Shown here in pieces: positions 9,971 to 20,034 of a stretch of 28,793 nucleotides of DNA. A program made the position numbers and the translations under genes. The DNA is taken from assembly GCA_964447495.1 (NCBI GenBank), contig CAYUTF010000036.1:1-28793 (forward strand). Reading direction: 5' to 3'. A model generated the notes under the pieces. That model was not told the origin of the DNA, made no database searches, and saw only the letters and a list, made by a program, of their open reading frames with translations. Within the stretch, counting starts at the first letter, position 1. Each line of letters starts with the position of its first letter. This DNA comes from an uncultured archaeon (GTDB lineage: Archaea > Asgardarchaeota > Lokiarchaeia > Sigyniarchaeales > SOKP01).

Positions 9971-10145
9971 ACTTCTTCTGATGTAGGAAACCTTTTTAGA
10001 AAGAAATATTAAATAATAATAATAATAATTGTTATTAATAGAGAATTGTAAAGGTATAAAATTAAGAAAATTAACACACTTATCATTGATGTGTTTATCA
10101 TAAAAATATAACAGAATAACCTAAATTATTGGTATATCAAATAAT

Positions 10146-10679
10146 ATGACAGATTATGACTTTACGTTTAAAATTATGATGTTAGGGGACGCAAGTGTCG
10201 GAAAAACCTCGCTTACAATTAGGTATATCTCAGGATTCTTTCTTGAGGATTTGAAACTGACTATTGGGGTTGATTTTTATTCTAAGACTACTAATTTTAA
10301 AGGAAAGAAGGTAAAGTTACAGATCTGGGATTTTGGGGGAGAGGAACGTTTTAGATTTTTACTATCTCAGTATTGTAAAGGAGCTAATGCTGCATTTTTC
10401 TTATATGATATTACTAACTCAATATCTATTGATCATCTGCCCGATTGGACGCAAATTATTCGAGAACATGCTGGAGATATACCAATAATGTTAATTGGCT
10501 CAAAAATCGATTTAGAAGAGTTTAGGGCGGTTCCCAGGAATGAAGGAATACTCGCTGCGAAAAAATATAATTTATCCTCATTTGTAGAATTATCTTCCAA
10601 AACAGGTCAAAATGTTGAAGAAGCTTTTAATTTAATGACAGAATCACTATTTGAAAAATATTCAAAATTTCCGACCTAA
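10146..10679 (+). CDS. Rab-like small GTPase (Ras superfamily)
   Basis: G1 GDASVGKTS, G2/RabF1 TIGVDF, G3 KLQIWDFGGEERF, G4 GSKID, G5 ELSSKTGQNVEEAF. Confidence 0.95.
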   Translation: MTDYDFTFKIMMLGDASVGKTSLTIRYISGFFLEDLKLTIGVDFYSKTTNFKGKKVKLQIWDFGGEERFRFLLSQYCKGANAAFFLYDITNSISIDHLPDWTQIIREHAGDIPIMLIGSKIDLEEFRAVPRNEGILAAKKYNLSSFVELSSKTGQNVEEAFNLMTESLFEKYSKFPT

Positions 10680-10729
10680 ATTAATCTTCTCATTATAAGA
10701 ACAAATATTAATCAAGATGGAATCCAATT

Positions 10730-11599
10730 TTGCGATATAACGATCTAGGAAATACTGGTATTAAAGTAAGCGAAATAGGATTAGGAACAGAATATTTATT
10801 ACGTCAACCAAAAGAAATAGTCATTGAGGTATTTCGGAAAGCGATTAAAGCAGGTATAAATTATATTGATATACTTTTTTCAGTTCAGAAATATCTAGAA
10901 AACCTATCAACCGCGATCATAGGGCATCGGGAGGATATCGTAATAACTGGACATTTAGGGACGAGGGAACTTGAAGGAAGCCCCAGAAAGACTAGAGATG
11001 TATTAGAATCTAAAGATTCATTCTTAAAACTACTCTCAATATTACAAATAGAGCATGTTGATATTCTTATAATCCAGTTTGTGACCTTAACGGAATATGA
11101 TAACATCATAAGTCCTAATAATTTGCTTGATTTAGCTCTTTCATTTCAAAAAGAAGGAAAAGCTAATTATATCGGAATCAGCACTCATGATATCTCTGTT
11201 GCAATGAAAGCAATCGAAAGTCAAAAGTTCGATGTATTAATGTTCCCCATTAATATCGCAAATCATCAACTTAAGGAAAGAGAATCTTTGCTGAAAAAAT
11301 GCTTAACAAGTAAAATTGGATTGATTGCTATTAAACCATTTGCTGGAGGTAAATTATTGCAGAAAAATCAAACAGTTTATTTTGCTAAATATCAAACTGC
11401 TGGTTTAAATTTTAAAAAGAAAGTCCCATCTGATATCAATTCGATAAAGTGTTTAAATTATGTTACCTCATTAGCGGGTGTGAATTTAAGCCTTATGGGA
11501 GTAAAAAATAATGCTGAGCTCCAAGAAAACCTGCTATATTTAAATACTTCTATAATTGAAAAAGATTTTAAATCTCTTATTCAAACCTTTTTAAATTAA
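10730..11599 (+). CDS. Aldo/keto reductase
   Basis: LGNTGIKVSEIGLG, AIKAGINYID, GKANYIGISTH, IAIKPFAGG; TTG start. Confidence 0.88.
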   Translation: MRYNDLGNTGIKVSEIGLGTEYLLRQPKEIVIEVFRKAIKAGINYIDILFSVQKYLENLSTAIIGHREDIVITGHLGTRELEGSPRKTRDVLESKDSFLKLLSILQIEHVDILIIQFVTLTEYDNIISPNNLLDLALSFQKEGKANYIGISTHDISVAMKAIESQKFDVLMFPINIANHQLKERESLLKKCLTSKIGLIAIKPFAGGKLLQKNQTVYFAKYQTAGLNFKKKVPSDINSIKCLNYVTSLAGVNLSLMGVKNNAELQENLLYLNTSIIEKDFKSLIQTFLN

Positions 11600-13530
11600 A
11601 CTTTTTTATGCCAGACTTGCATTTTATCGGGACCACGATTATTCCATGCATAATAAGGTATTGCGAGAAACTTTTTATCTGGGAAAATAATACCTTCAAT
11701 TGTATTGACCCCGCCTAAAATCTTTGATTGAAAAATAACTTTAAGCGATATATCCTTCTGAATTTTTGCGGAAAAGATATCAAAATCTGTGTTATCTTTT
11801 TGCTCTAAACAATACACTATAGGACCATTGGATATACATACTTTATTCCTAATATCTTTGACTAGGGGATCACCAAATATCAAAGTAGGCTTCATTTCGA
11901 ATACTATTATAATCTCGTCCTTATCACACCAGTTCCGAAAAATTTCTAAATATTTACCCGGACTAGGATTTTCATTATATAATTCGCCATTAATTTCAAT
12001 TTGTGTATCTTTAGACCATTCCGGAATTCTAAGATATATATTAAATGATTGGTTTGTATCTAATACTATTTTTAGTTTAACTTTTCCTTTCCAAGGGAAG
12101 TTGCTTTCTTGAATAATTTGGATATCTTTGTTATGCATTTTACAATTTAGTGTGCTTCCTATATATTGATTAATTAATATTCCATTTTCTGATTTACTAT
12201 AGATATACTTCCCTAAAGATGCAATTGTCCTTGCGATATTTGGGGGGCAACAAGGACATAGAAACCAATCTTTTCTCTCGTCTTTGCCTTCAGAGATTAA
12301 AGGGTTATCATAAGAGTACTTTTCTCCATTAAGAGATTGTCCCACTAGCATTGAATTATATAAAATTTTTTCAATTAAATCTGAATATTTGGCATGTCCT
12401 GTAATATGGAGCATTCTCCAATTCCATATCAGATATCCTATGGCTGCACAAGTTTCAGAATATGATCTTTTGATTCTTAATTTGAAATCTTTTTCAAAAC
12501 CCTCTATTCCTTTAATAGAACCAATACTCCCCGTTATATACATCTTTCCTCTATTGATCTTTAACCAAGATCTTTTAAGTACTTTAACGAGAGACTCATC
12601 ACCCGTTTCAGAGAATATATCTGCCATTGCACAATATAAATACATAGCTCTTACGGCATGTCCTACTGGATCTACTATATTTCGTACGGGAGTGCGAAGT
12701 TGATAACATTTTCCACTCAGGATAGAATTATAAAATTTAATCCGCTCTATTATTGAAAGATTCGCATAAAAATCTTCAATTTCATCTGCTTCATCCAAAT
12801 TCGTCTTCTTTTTTGCCATAATTAACGTTGAATTCATATTTAGAAATTGCGAAATGATATATCTTCTTGAATTAGCATCCTTTCCTCTGCGATTAATAAA
12901 ATCTTTTGCCAATATGAAGTATTTATTTTGGTTTGTAAGATAAAATAATTCCATCAAAGCCAATTCTATTTCTGGATGGCCAGGAGGATTTTCTTTTTTG
13001 ATTTTCATAAATTTTTCATAAATTAAATAAACAAACCTTTCAGCAGCTTTTAGTAAACATTCTGAACTTGTTGCATTATAATGAGCAATGGCTGCTTGGA
13101 TAAGATGACCAGCACAATAAAGTTCATGCATAAATGTTGTATTAGTGAATCGCCTCTCGATAAAGTTAGTAGAATAAAAAGTATTGATATATCCATCTTC
13201 TAGTTGAGAATTTAGAATTAAATCTATAATCTCATCTACTTTTCTTTTCAAATTGTTATCTTCATTTTGGTGCAAAATGTAACAAGCAGCTTCTAGCCAT
13301 TTGTACAAGTCGGAATCATAATAGAACTGCCCTCGATGAGTTCCTTTTTTTTCATGTGCAGCAACTCTAAAGTTATCAATATGATGATCTTTCTCTAATT
13401 GGTTATATTGATGATAAATAGCAGTCATTCGATTAATATTTTGTCGTTTAGCCCAAAATGAATCGTTTATAACGACCTGATAAAAGGGAATTGAGATGAG
13501 TTTGTTATAAGGTCTCCTTTCTTGCATCAT
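11596..13530 (-). CDS. Glycoside hydrolase family 127 (HypBA1-like beta-L-arabinofuranosidase)
   Basis: DSDLYKWLEA, HELYCAGHL, GHPEIELAL, GHAVRAMYL, YSETCAAIG, WFLCPCCPPN, AIPYYAWNNRG. Confidence 0.93.
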   Translation of the reverse strand: MMQERRPYNKLISIPFYQVVINDSFWAKRQNINRMTAIYHQYNQLEKDHHIDNFRVAAHEKKGTHRGQFYYDSDLYKWLEAACYILHQNEDNNLKRKVDEIIDLILNSQLEDGYINTFYSTNFIERRFTNTTFMHELYCAGHLIQAAIAHYNATSSECLLKAAERFVYLIYEKFMKIKKENPPGHPEIELALMELFYLTNQNKYFILAKDFINRRGKDANSRRYIISQFLNMNSTLIMAKKKTNLDEADEIEDFYANLSIIERIKFYNSILSGKCYQLRTPVRNIVDPVGHAVRAMYLYCAMADIFSETGDESLVKVLKRSWLKINRGKMYITGSIGSIKGIEGFEKDFKLRIKRSYSETCAAIGYLIWNWRMLHITGHAKYSDLIEKILYNSMLVGQSLNGEKYSYDNPLISEGKDERKDWFLCPCCPPNIARTIASLGKYIYSKSENGILINQYIGSTLNCKMHNKDIQIIQESNFPWKGKVKLKIVLDTNQSFNIYLRIPEWSKDTQIEINGELYNENPSPGKYLEIFRNWCDKDEIIIVFEMKPTLIFGDPLVKDIRNKVCISNGPIVYCLEQKDNTDFDIFSAKIQKDISLKVIFQSKILGGVNTIEGIIFPDKKFLAIPYYAWNNRGPDKMQVWHKKV

Positions 13531-13746
13531 ATACAGTAAAATAAAGTATCTATTTTTTATTTATTGAAATCACAATCATTCTAAATTAAAAAATAGAAAA
13601 TAAAAGAGGGCATTGGACCTTCTTTTCTTATATCCCTTTTAGTTATAGGGATTTTAGTTAGTATTATATTATATCTTACTAAGCTGAAGATTATTAGAAT
13701 AAGAAAAAAAAATAAAAAATTTAAGCTAATTAACCGAATTGACAAT

Positions 13747-13953
13747 CTAAATCATGTTGATTGCGATTTTCATGTCCTCGTTAGTGACCTTCTTTCTTCC
13801 GGAATGCTTAGCAATGTCTAACGCGCAGCCAGTTAATTCTTTGGCATATTCTTCCAAATAATCCATTAATTTATCAACTGCGGCTCGACTTACTATTTCA
13901 GCTCCGGCTTTTTTCATTAAAGCCCGTAAAGGACTCCATGCGAATGCAGCCAT
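13747..13953 (-). CDS. Archaeal histone (HMf-type fold, no N-terminal tail)
   Basis: 68 aa; PLRALMKKAGAEIVS, IAKHSGRKKVTNEDM histone-fold motifs; good Shine-Dalgarno. Confidence 0.95.
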   Translation of the reverse strand: MAAFAWSPLRALMKKAGAEIVSRAAVDKLMDYLEEYAKELTGCALDIAKHSGRKKVTNEDMKIAINMI

Positions 13954-13959
13954 TTTTAT

Positions 13960-13965
13960 TCCTCC
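13960..13965 (-). promoter_or_regulatory. Shine-Dalgarno of histone gene
   Basis: GGAGGA on the minus strand 6 nt before the ATG. Confidence 0.7.
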
Positions 13966-14046
13966 ACAATTATTTTTTTAAATTACTAATACGTTAAATT
14001 TTATGTTAAAATTTTAATGTATTTAATTTTTAATTAGTATTACTTC

Positions 14047-14054
14047 TATATAAA
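14047..14054 (-). promoter_or_regulatory. Candidate TATA box for histone gene
   Basis: TTTATATA on the minus strand about 95 bp upstream of the ATG; weak because the background is very AT-rich. Confidence 0.3.
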
Positions 14055-14559
14055 TGTGTTGGTTGATGATGGATATTCGATGGTTCAAATTATCCAAATC
14101 AAGTCGACAAAAAAAAATACTACAGAAATAATTTTTTTTTTTAACTTCTGAAATCCAACTACTAAAAATGATCAATATATGGACTCGAATAAATAGGTTT
14201 ACTTAGAAGATAGACTTAATGTAATAGCATCTGGTCGAAATTCTCAACCAAAAATCCTAAAATTACTCTCAAGTTAAAAGGACTATATATTTTTAGGTCA
14301 TTTATATTAAACTAGTACAGCAAAGTCCCGTTTTACTATTCAAAACCTCTAATTATAAAACTTAAGCGGATATTATATATCATTTGATTAACATGGAAGG
14401 ATTTAACTTTTTCCAATGAACTTACATCATCCGAATATTTTTTGATTCAATTTGAACTTCGGATTTAAAATTTATATGCATAAAGAATTAAAATGAGATA
14501 AAATGATTATAGTATTAACCATTTATTACTTTTCTTGAAATATATTAAGTGTTAATGAT

Positions 14560-15141
14560 ATGGAAGTAGAACAAGAAGAAAAACCGGCCTATGTGTTTAA
14601 AATTTGCTTAATTGGCAATGGTGGAGTAGGTAAAACGTGTATTGCTCGGAGGTTATGCTTCGACACGTTCGATTCCAATACAAGATTAACGATTGGTATC
14701 GATTTCTATACCTATGATCTTCCCATTATCATTGGTGGGGAAAAAACTTTCGTACGCCTTAGTATCTGGGATTTCGGAGGCCAAGAACAGTTCAAGAAGA
14801 TGTTCAGTTATTACATTAATGGCGCGAATGGAATATTTCTTGTTTTTAGTTTATACAATCTTAATAACACCTTACTTGGGTTAGATTGGTGGAATGAGCA
14901 TCTTGATAAGCTTATTCATGATACAACACCGAAGATTTTAGTTGGATGTAAATACGATTTAGTAAAAGAAAAAGAGAAAAAAATGAATGAGGTAATTATT
15001 GAAAATTTTCGGAATAAGCAAGGGACCATTCCTTATTATAAGACCTCCTCGAAAGAAAATTGTAATATTCGGGAAATCTTCATAGATATGACAAAAATAA
15101 TCCTCGATATTAATCATTTCGAGTATGACAAGATACTTTAG
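14560..15141 (+). CDS. Rab-like small GTPase (Ras superfamily)
   Basis: G1 GNGGVGKTC, TIGIDF, G3 WDFGGQEQF, YYINGANG, G4 GCKYD, G5 TSSKEN. Confidence 0.93.
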   Translation: MEVEQEEKPAYVFKICLIGNGGVGKTCIARRLCFDTFDSNTRLTIGIDFYTYDLPIIIGGEKTFVRLSIWDFGGQEQFKKMFSYYINGANGIFLVFSLYNLNNTLLGLDWWNEHLDKLIHDTTPKILVGCKYDLVKEKEKKMNEVIIENFRNKQGTIPYYKTSSKENCNIREIFIDMTKIILDINHFEYDKIL

Positions 15142-15218
15142 ATATAAATTACATTCCTTATTGTAGGTGCCCCTTTAATAGTTATGTAATCTACTATGAT
15201 TATAGGTTTTGAATGTTC

Positions 15219-16199
15219 TTAAATGAGAATAATAATAACGCCAATAATTGTCAATATCACACCAAGAAATCCTATTTTGTTTATCGTTTCTTTATTAATC
15301 AGATATGTTAAAGGAAGTGAGAATAGAGGGCTAGCACTCGCTATAAGAGACATCACAGTGGAACCTGCGACACGTGCAGCTTCAGTATATACATAAGCCC
15401 CCAATGAGGTTCCAATTAACGCGGCAATAACTAAATATAACCAGGTCATAGGTGATTTTTTGAAGGAACTTTTATTGGTTCGTTTCTTATTGGAGTAATT
15501 CTCTTTGCCTACCATTAATGTTAGAATAGCAGCGGCAAAGGGAAATCGAATAACATTTCCTAGAACTGAACTTAAACCTGGTTGAAGAACTAATAGGGTG
15601 TCAATTTCATTAGTAGCAAATTCAATTATGATTAATGCAATTGCCCAACCCAGGGACGCAATCAATCCAAAACTTAAAGCTCTAAACGATTTGAAATGTA
15701 ATCTTTTTCTCCAATTTCGGGTTTCTAGTTTATCTCCTGCATCTGAAAGCATGTGATTACTTGATTTCACATTAGACTTGCTCTTCCCAATGATAATTAC
15801 GCCCAAACTGATAAATATTAATGAGAATAATAGTGACACATCAAATGCTTTATTCAAAAAAACTAAAGATAAGATAAAAGTGAATACGGGAAAGGTCATT
15901 GATACGCCCATGGCTAATGTTGCACCCAAATCTTTTTGAGCGTTGAAGTAAGCAGTATCGCCAAAAACTTGACCAAATAGAAAACTAATGAATAAAATGA
16001 TCCACAATTCAAATGGTAGAAGGAAAATCTTATCAAACACATTAAGAAGAATCGCAAAAATAATAAAAGTGAACGTTCCAATGGTGGTTCTAAAAAAATT
16101 GATAAATATTGGGCTTGCTTCGTGTTCAGTTTTTCGAAAAATTACATTTGATAAAACAAATGTCAGGACCGCAAAAATCGCAATTAACTCTCCAATCAT
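15219..16199 (-). CDS. DMT/EamA family transporter
   Basis: About 10 TM in two EamA-like repeats; GQVFGDTAYF, SASPLFSLPLTYLINKETI...LGVILTIIGVII. Confidence 0.88.
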   Translation of the reverse strand: MIGELIAIFAVLTFVLSNVIFRKTEHEASPIFINFFRTTIGTFTFIIFAILLNVFDKIFLLPFELWIILFISFLFGQVFGDTAYFNAQKDLGATLAMGVSMTFPVFTFILSLVFLNKAFDVSLLFSLIFISLGVIIIGKSKSNVKSSNHMLSDAGDKLETRNWRKRLHFKSFRALSFGLIASLGWAIALIIIEFATNEIDTLLVLQPGLSSVLGNVIRFPFAAAILTLMVGKENYSNKKRTNKSSFKKSPMTWLYLVIAALIGTSLGAYVYTEAARVAGSTVMSLIASASPLFSLPLTYLINKETINKIGFLGVILTIIGVIIILI

Positions 16200-16222
16200 T
16201 CTATCATAATCGCTCTCAGTTT

Positions 16223-16828
16223 CTATGAATTTTTCAAGGGGTTCTCACCCTCATCAATTAACCTTGCATTACAGTTGTAACAAAATTCTGGACGGGACTC
16301 AAAGTGTGTTCCGCATTTTGGACAATCAAAGACCACCTTTTTTTCTATTTCTTGGAGTTCAAAGCTATCTTCTTTTCGAGTAATTTTCTGAATATAACTC
16401 AAGACTAAGGAAAAACCTATTGAATATGTAATTAGGATAATTCCTAAAATAATGGTTCTGAAAAGAAATTGCCCTAAATTCTCATTGAAATAATTGGGGG
16501 AATATCGTGAAAGAAATACATAAAAGAAGAAATTAGGGAAAAAAAATGAAATTAAATTCATCGAATAAGCTTTCTTAGCTTTCATATAAAGTAAAATTGG
16601 GATTGTCGAAACCACCAACCATATTCCGTATATGAAAACTGTCTCATAAAAGCTTTCAAACATAATAAAATTTGCGAGCACTTGGATGACCCATTTTCGC
16701 TCTTCAGAAATAGTACTATCAAACTCGATGTTAAAAGAGTATTTGAAGATGATCAGAAGTAAGCTTAGAATAACGAATTGTATGAGAAATATCACTATCT
16801 TACTTCGTATAATTTTGGCAATATGCAT
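16223..16828 (-). CDS. Hypothetical 4-TM membrane protein with C-terminal zinc ribbon
   Basis: Four hydrophobic segments followed by CPKCG-x8-CYNC. Confidence 0.7.
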   Translation of the reverse strand: MHIAKIIRSKIVIFLIQFVILSLLLIIFKYSFNIEFDSTISEERKWVIQVLANFIMFESFYETVFIYGIWLVVSTIPILLYMKAKKAYSMNLISFFFPNFFFYVFLSRYSPNYFNENLGQFLFRTIILGIILITYSIGFSLVLSYIQKITRKEDSFELQEIEKKVVFDCPKCGTHFESRPEFCYNCNARLIDEGENPLKNS

Positions 16829-17068
16829 TATAAAGTAATAAATTTCGTAAAGTAAAAAAATTATTTTAAATAACTATTGTTGGAAAAAGATAAAAATGAT
16901 GTCTAATCCGTAAAATTTTTAATATTTGCATGCTTTAATAACTTACAGTGTTAAACCGATTAACTTATTCTTTAAGGTTATTAAATTTTAAACTAAAAAC
17001 AAAGGATGTTTTAGTTTTATGATCTGTATGCAATCTAATATTAAACTAATATTTACCTATGTCAAAAT

Positions 17069-17074
17069 GGAGGA
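17069..17074 (+). promoter_or_regulatory. Shine-Dalgarno of rpoA1
   Basis: GGAGGA 9 nt before ATG 17084. Confidence 0.65.
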
Positions 17075-17083
17075 ATTCATATT

Positions 17084-20005
17084 ATGAGTTATACATTTAG
17101 TCGTACAAAAATGATAGAGAAGATTAAGTTTGGCTTATTATCTCCTGACGAGATTCGGAAGATGAGTGCGGCTCGAATTATTACTGCAGATACTTATGAT
17201 GAAGATGGTCTTCCAATCCCTTCTGGGTTGATGGATCAGCGTTTAGGCACGATTGAGCCGGGACAGAGATGTCAGACCTGTGGAAATCTTGTTAGCAACT
17301 GTATGGGACACTTTGGGCATATAGAATTAGCGAGACCCGTCATTCATGTAGGATACGCTAAAAAAGTATTAAAAGTATTACGTTCAATTTGTCCTGAATG
17401 CTCTCGCTTAATGCTTACTGATGAAGAGAAGGAGAAATTTAGAAAAGAACAAGTTTCGCATCGAAAACTCTTTTTTGAGGGTGATGAAGATGCATCGAAA
17501 CTTGTTTTTAAAAGAGCAAGAAAAAGCAAGTTATGTCCGTATTGTGGTGCGAAAAAGAAAAAAATCATTATTGAAAAGCCTACTACCTTTTATGAAGAAG
17601 AAGAGAATAAAGGCTCACGCAGAATCACACCCATCGAAATTCTTGAGCGTTTAAAGAAAATGAATGACAATGATCTGCGTATTTTAGGAATCTCTCCTGA
17701 AAATGCTCGACTTGAATGGGTGGTTTTTACTGTACTCCCTATTCCTCCAGTATGCGCACGACCATCAATTACATTAGATAGTGGTATCCGATCAGAAGAT
17801 GATTTAACCCATAAATTGGTTGACGTTATTCGAATAAACCAGAGATTAAGAGAAAATATCGATGCTGGGGCACCTCATTTAATTGTAGAAGACTTATGGG
17901 AGTTATTACAATATCATATTACTACGTATTTTGATAATCAAGTTTCTGGAATCCCTCCCGCAAGACACCGTTCAGGGAGAGCCTTGCGAACCTTGACTCA
18001 AAGATTGAAAGGAAAAGAAGGGCGATTCCGTAGCAATTTAAGTGGAAAACGAGTTGACTTTTCCGCACGAAGTGTTATATCACCTAATCCTTACATTAGT
18101 ATTAATGAAGTCGGCGTTCCAATTGAAATAGCTAAAATACTCACCATTCCTACAAATGTAAATGATTGGAACATCGAAGAAATGAAACAAATGGTATTAA
18201 ATGGTCCAAATCACCATCCTGGAGCAAATTATATCATTCGTAATGATCGCAGACGAATTGACCTTCGCTATGTGAAAAATCGAAAGATGATTGCTGAAAT
18301 GCTAGCTCCCGGCTTTACTGTAGAACGACACTTGAGTAATGGTGATTTGGTATTATTTAATCGGCAACCATCTCTTCATAGAATGTCCATAATGGCACAT
18401 GAAGTAAAAATAATGGATGGAAGAACCTTTAGATTAAATCTGACCGTATGTCCACCTTATAATGCTGATTTTGATGGCGATGAGATGAATCTCCATGTCC
18501 CGCAAAGCGAGGAAGCTCGTACCGAAGCAGAATTACTTTTAAAGGTGCAAGAACATATTCTATCACCTCGGTTTGGTGGTCCTATTCTTGGAGGAATTCA
18601 AGATTTTATCTCTTCAGTGTTTCAATTTACCAGTAAAGAATCATTATACAATAAAAAAGATACCTTAAATCTACTATTTATGGGAGGAATTTTTGATACT
18701 AGACCTAATTTCAGCTTAGATAAACTTATACCTGTAAAAACAGAACCAGAACCAATGTATTCCGGAAAACAAATTTTTAGTACCTTATTTCCTGATGATT
18801 TAAATATTCGTGTAAAATCAAAGTTTTGTAAAAAATGCGAAGTTTGTACTGAACAAGACTGTGAATATGATGCTTACGTGGTAATCAAGAATGGAGAATT
18901 GATTACAGGAACTATTGATGAAAATTCATTTGGTGCTATGCAATCTAATAGCATCTTACAAAGAATTATAAAGGATCACGGTAATGCTCGAGGCCGTCAA
19001 TTTTTAGACAATGCAACCAAAATGTTATTATATGTAATTCGTCAAAATGGCATGACTATGGGACTGGATGAGGTTTATGTTTATGGAAAGGCGTACCAAA
19101 ATATTAGAAACATTTTAGAAGATGCTGATAATGAATCGTCAAAGTTAATTAAAGCATTTTATGAAAATGATACTAAAGTACTTAAAAGAGCTCCTGGTCG
19201 TTCCATGAGGGAGACTCTTGAATTAAGAATTCGCCAAGTTCTCGCTGAAGCTCGTAAAAAATCAGAAGAATCCGCTGCAGAATTTATCGGCGATGAGGCT
19301 CATTCAGTAATAATGACAAAATCGGGAGCAAGGGGGAATATATTAAATTTAGGTCAAATGTCTGCTGTTGTAGGACAACAAGCAATTAGAGGGGAAAGGA
19401 TAAATAGAGGGTATAGTTTGAGAACACTCCCTCATTTCAAAATTAACGATCTTACCCCTAAATCAAGAGGATTCGTAGAATCATCTTATAGAAATGGATT
19501 ACGGCCGGTAGAATTCTTTTTCCATGCGATGGGAGGTAGAGAAGGGTTGGTTGATACTGCCGTCAGAACATCAACAAGTGGGTATATGCAAAGGAGATTG
19601 GTTAATGCTTTACAAGATATGGTTGTTGAAAATGATGGAACCGTTAGAAATAGTGATAAAAACGTCATTCAATTTTGCTATGGTGATGATGGGATCGATC
19701 CTATGCACACCGACCATTCTGATGCCGTTAATCTTGATGTGTTATTGTTAAAAGCAAAATCATTAGATATTGATGAAGTACGCGATGAGATGAAAAAGTT
19801 ACCGCCTAGTGTAGTTTCTAAACCAGAAAAGAAACCAGCACAAAAAGAGTTAAAGAAAGAAAAAATTAAACCAACAAAAGAAACAAAGAAACTAGATGAA
19901 AATCAATTGGTAAAATTATTTGAAGATGAAACGGGAAAGAATGCGGTATGGCGCGGAAAGAAAACAAAAGCTTTTACCGACTGGAAAGAAGAGAAATTAA
20001 AATAA
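17084..20005 (+). CDS. rpoA1: DNA-directed RNA polymerase subunit A' (Rpo1N)
   Basis: CQTCG..CMGHFGHIEL, GKRVDFSARSVI, FNRQPSLH, catalytic YNADFDGDEMN, GGREGLVDTAVRTSTSGYMQRRL. Confidence 0.99.
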   Translation: MSYTFSRTKMIEKIKFGLLSPDEIRKMSAARIITADTYDEDGLPIPSGLMDQRLGTIEPGQRCQTCGNLVSNCMGHFGHIELARPVIHVGYAKKVLKVLRSICPECSRLMLTDEEKEKFRKEQVSHRKLFFEGDEDASKLVFKRARKSKLCPYCGAKKKKIIIEKPTTFYEEEENKGSRRITPIEILERLKKMNDNDLRILGISPENARLEWVVFTVLPIPPVCARPSITLDSGIRSEDDLTHKLVDVIRINQRLRENIDAGAPHLIVEDLWELLQYHITTYFDNQVSGIPPARHRSGRALRTLTQRLKGKEGRFRSNLSGKRVDFSARSVISPNPYISINEVGVPIEIAKILTIPTNVNDWNIEEMKQMVLNGPNHHPGANYIIRNDRRRIDLRYVKNRKMIAEMLAPGFTVERHLSNGDLVLFNRQPSLHRMSIMAHEVKIMDGRTFRLNLTVCPPYNADFDGDEMNLHVPQSEEARTEAELLLKVQEHILSPRFGGPILGGIQDFISSVFQFTSKESLYNKKDTLNLLFMGGIFDTRPNFSLDKLIPVKTEPEPMYSGKQIFSTLFPDDLNIRVKSKFCKKCEVCTEQDCEYDAYVVIKNGELITGTIDENSFGAMQSNSILQRIIKDHGNARGRQFLDNATKMLLYVIRQNGMTMGLDEVYVYGKAYQNIRNILEDADNESSKLIKAFYENDTKVLKRAPGRSMRETLELRIRQVLAEARKKSEESAAEFIGDEAHSVIMTKSGARGNILNLGQMSAVVGQQAIRGERINRGYSLRTLPHFKINDLTPKSRGFVESSYRNGLRPVEFFFHAMGGREGLVDTAVRTSTSGYMQRRLVNALQDMVVENDGTVRNSDKNVIQFCYGDDGIDPMHTDHSDAVNLDVLLLKAKSLDIDEVRDEMKKLPPSVVSKPEKKPAQKELKKEKIKPTKETKKLDENQLVKLFEDETGKNAVWRGKKTKAFTDWKEEKLK

Positions 20006-20034
20006 AATCTGTAATATAAATAAGGTTATTATAA

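Noticed and set aside
10013-10029. (AAT)n microsatellite upstream of the GTPase
   Set aside because: Short and expected in very AT-rich intergenic DNA.
18826-18862. Cys cluster CKKCEVCTEQDC inside RpoA' as an insertion or intein
   Set aside because: A Cys-rich Zn-binding segment at this position is normal in archaeal A'; no intein motifs.
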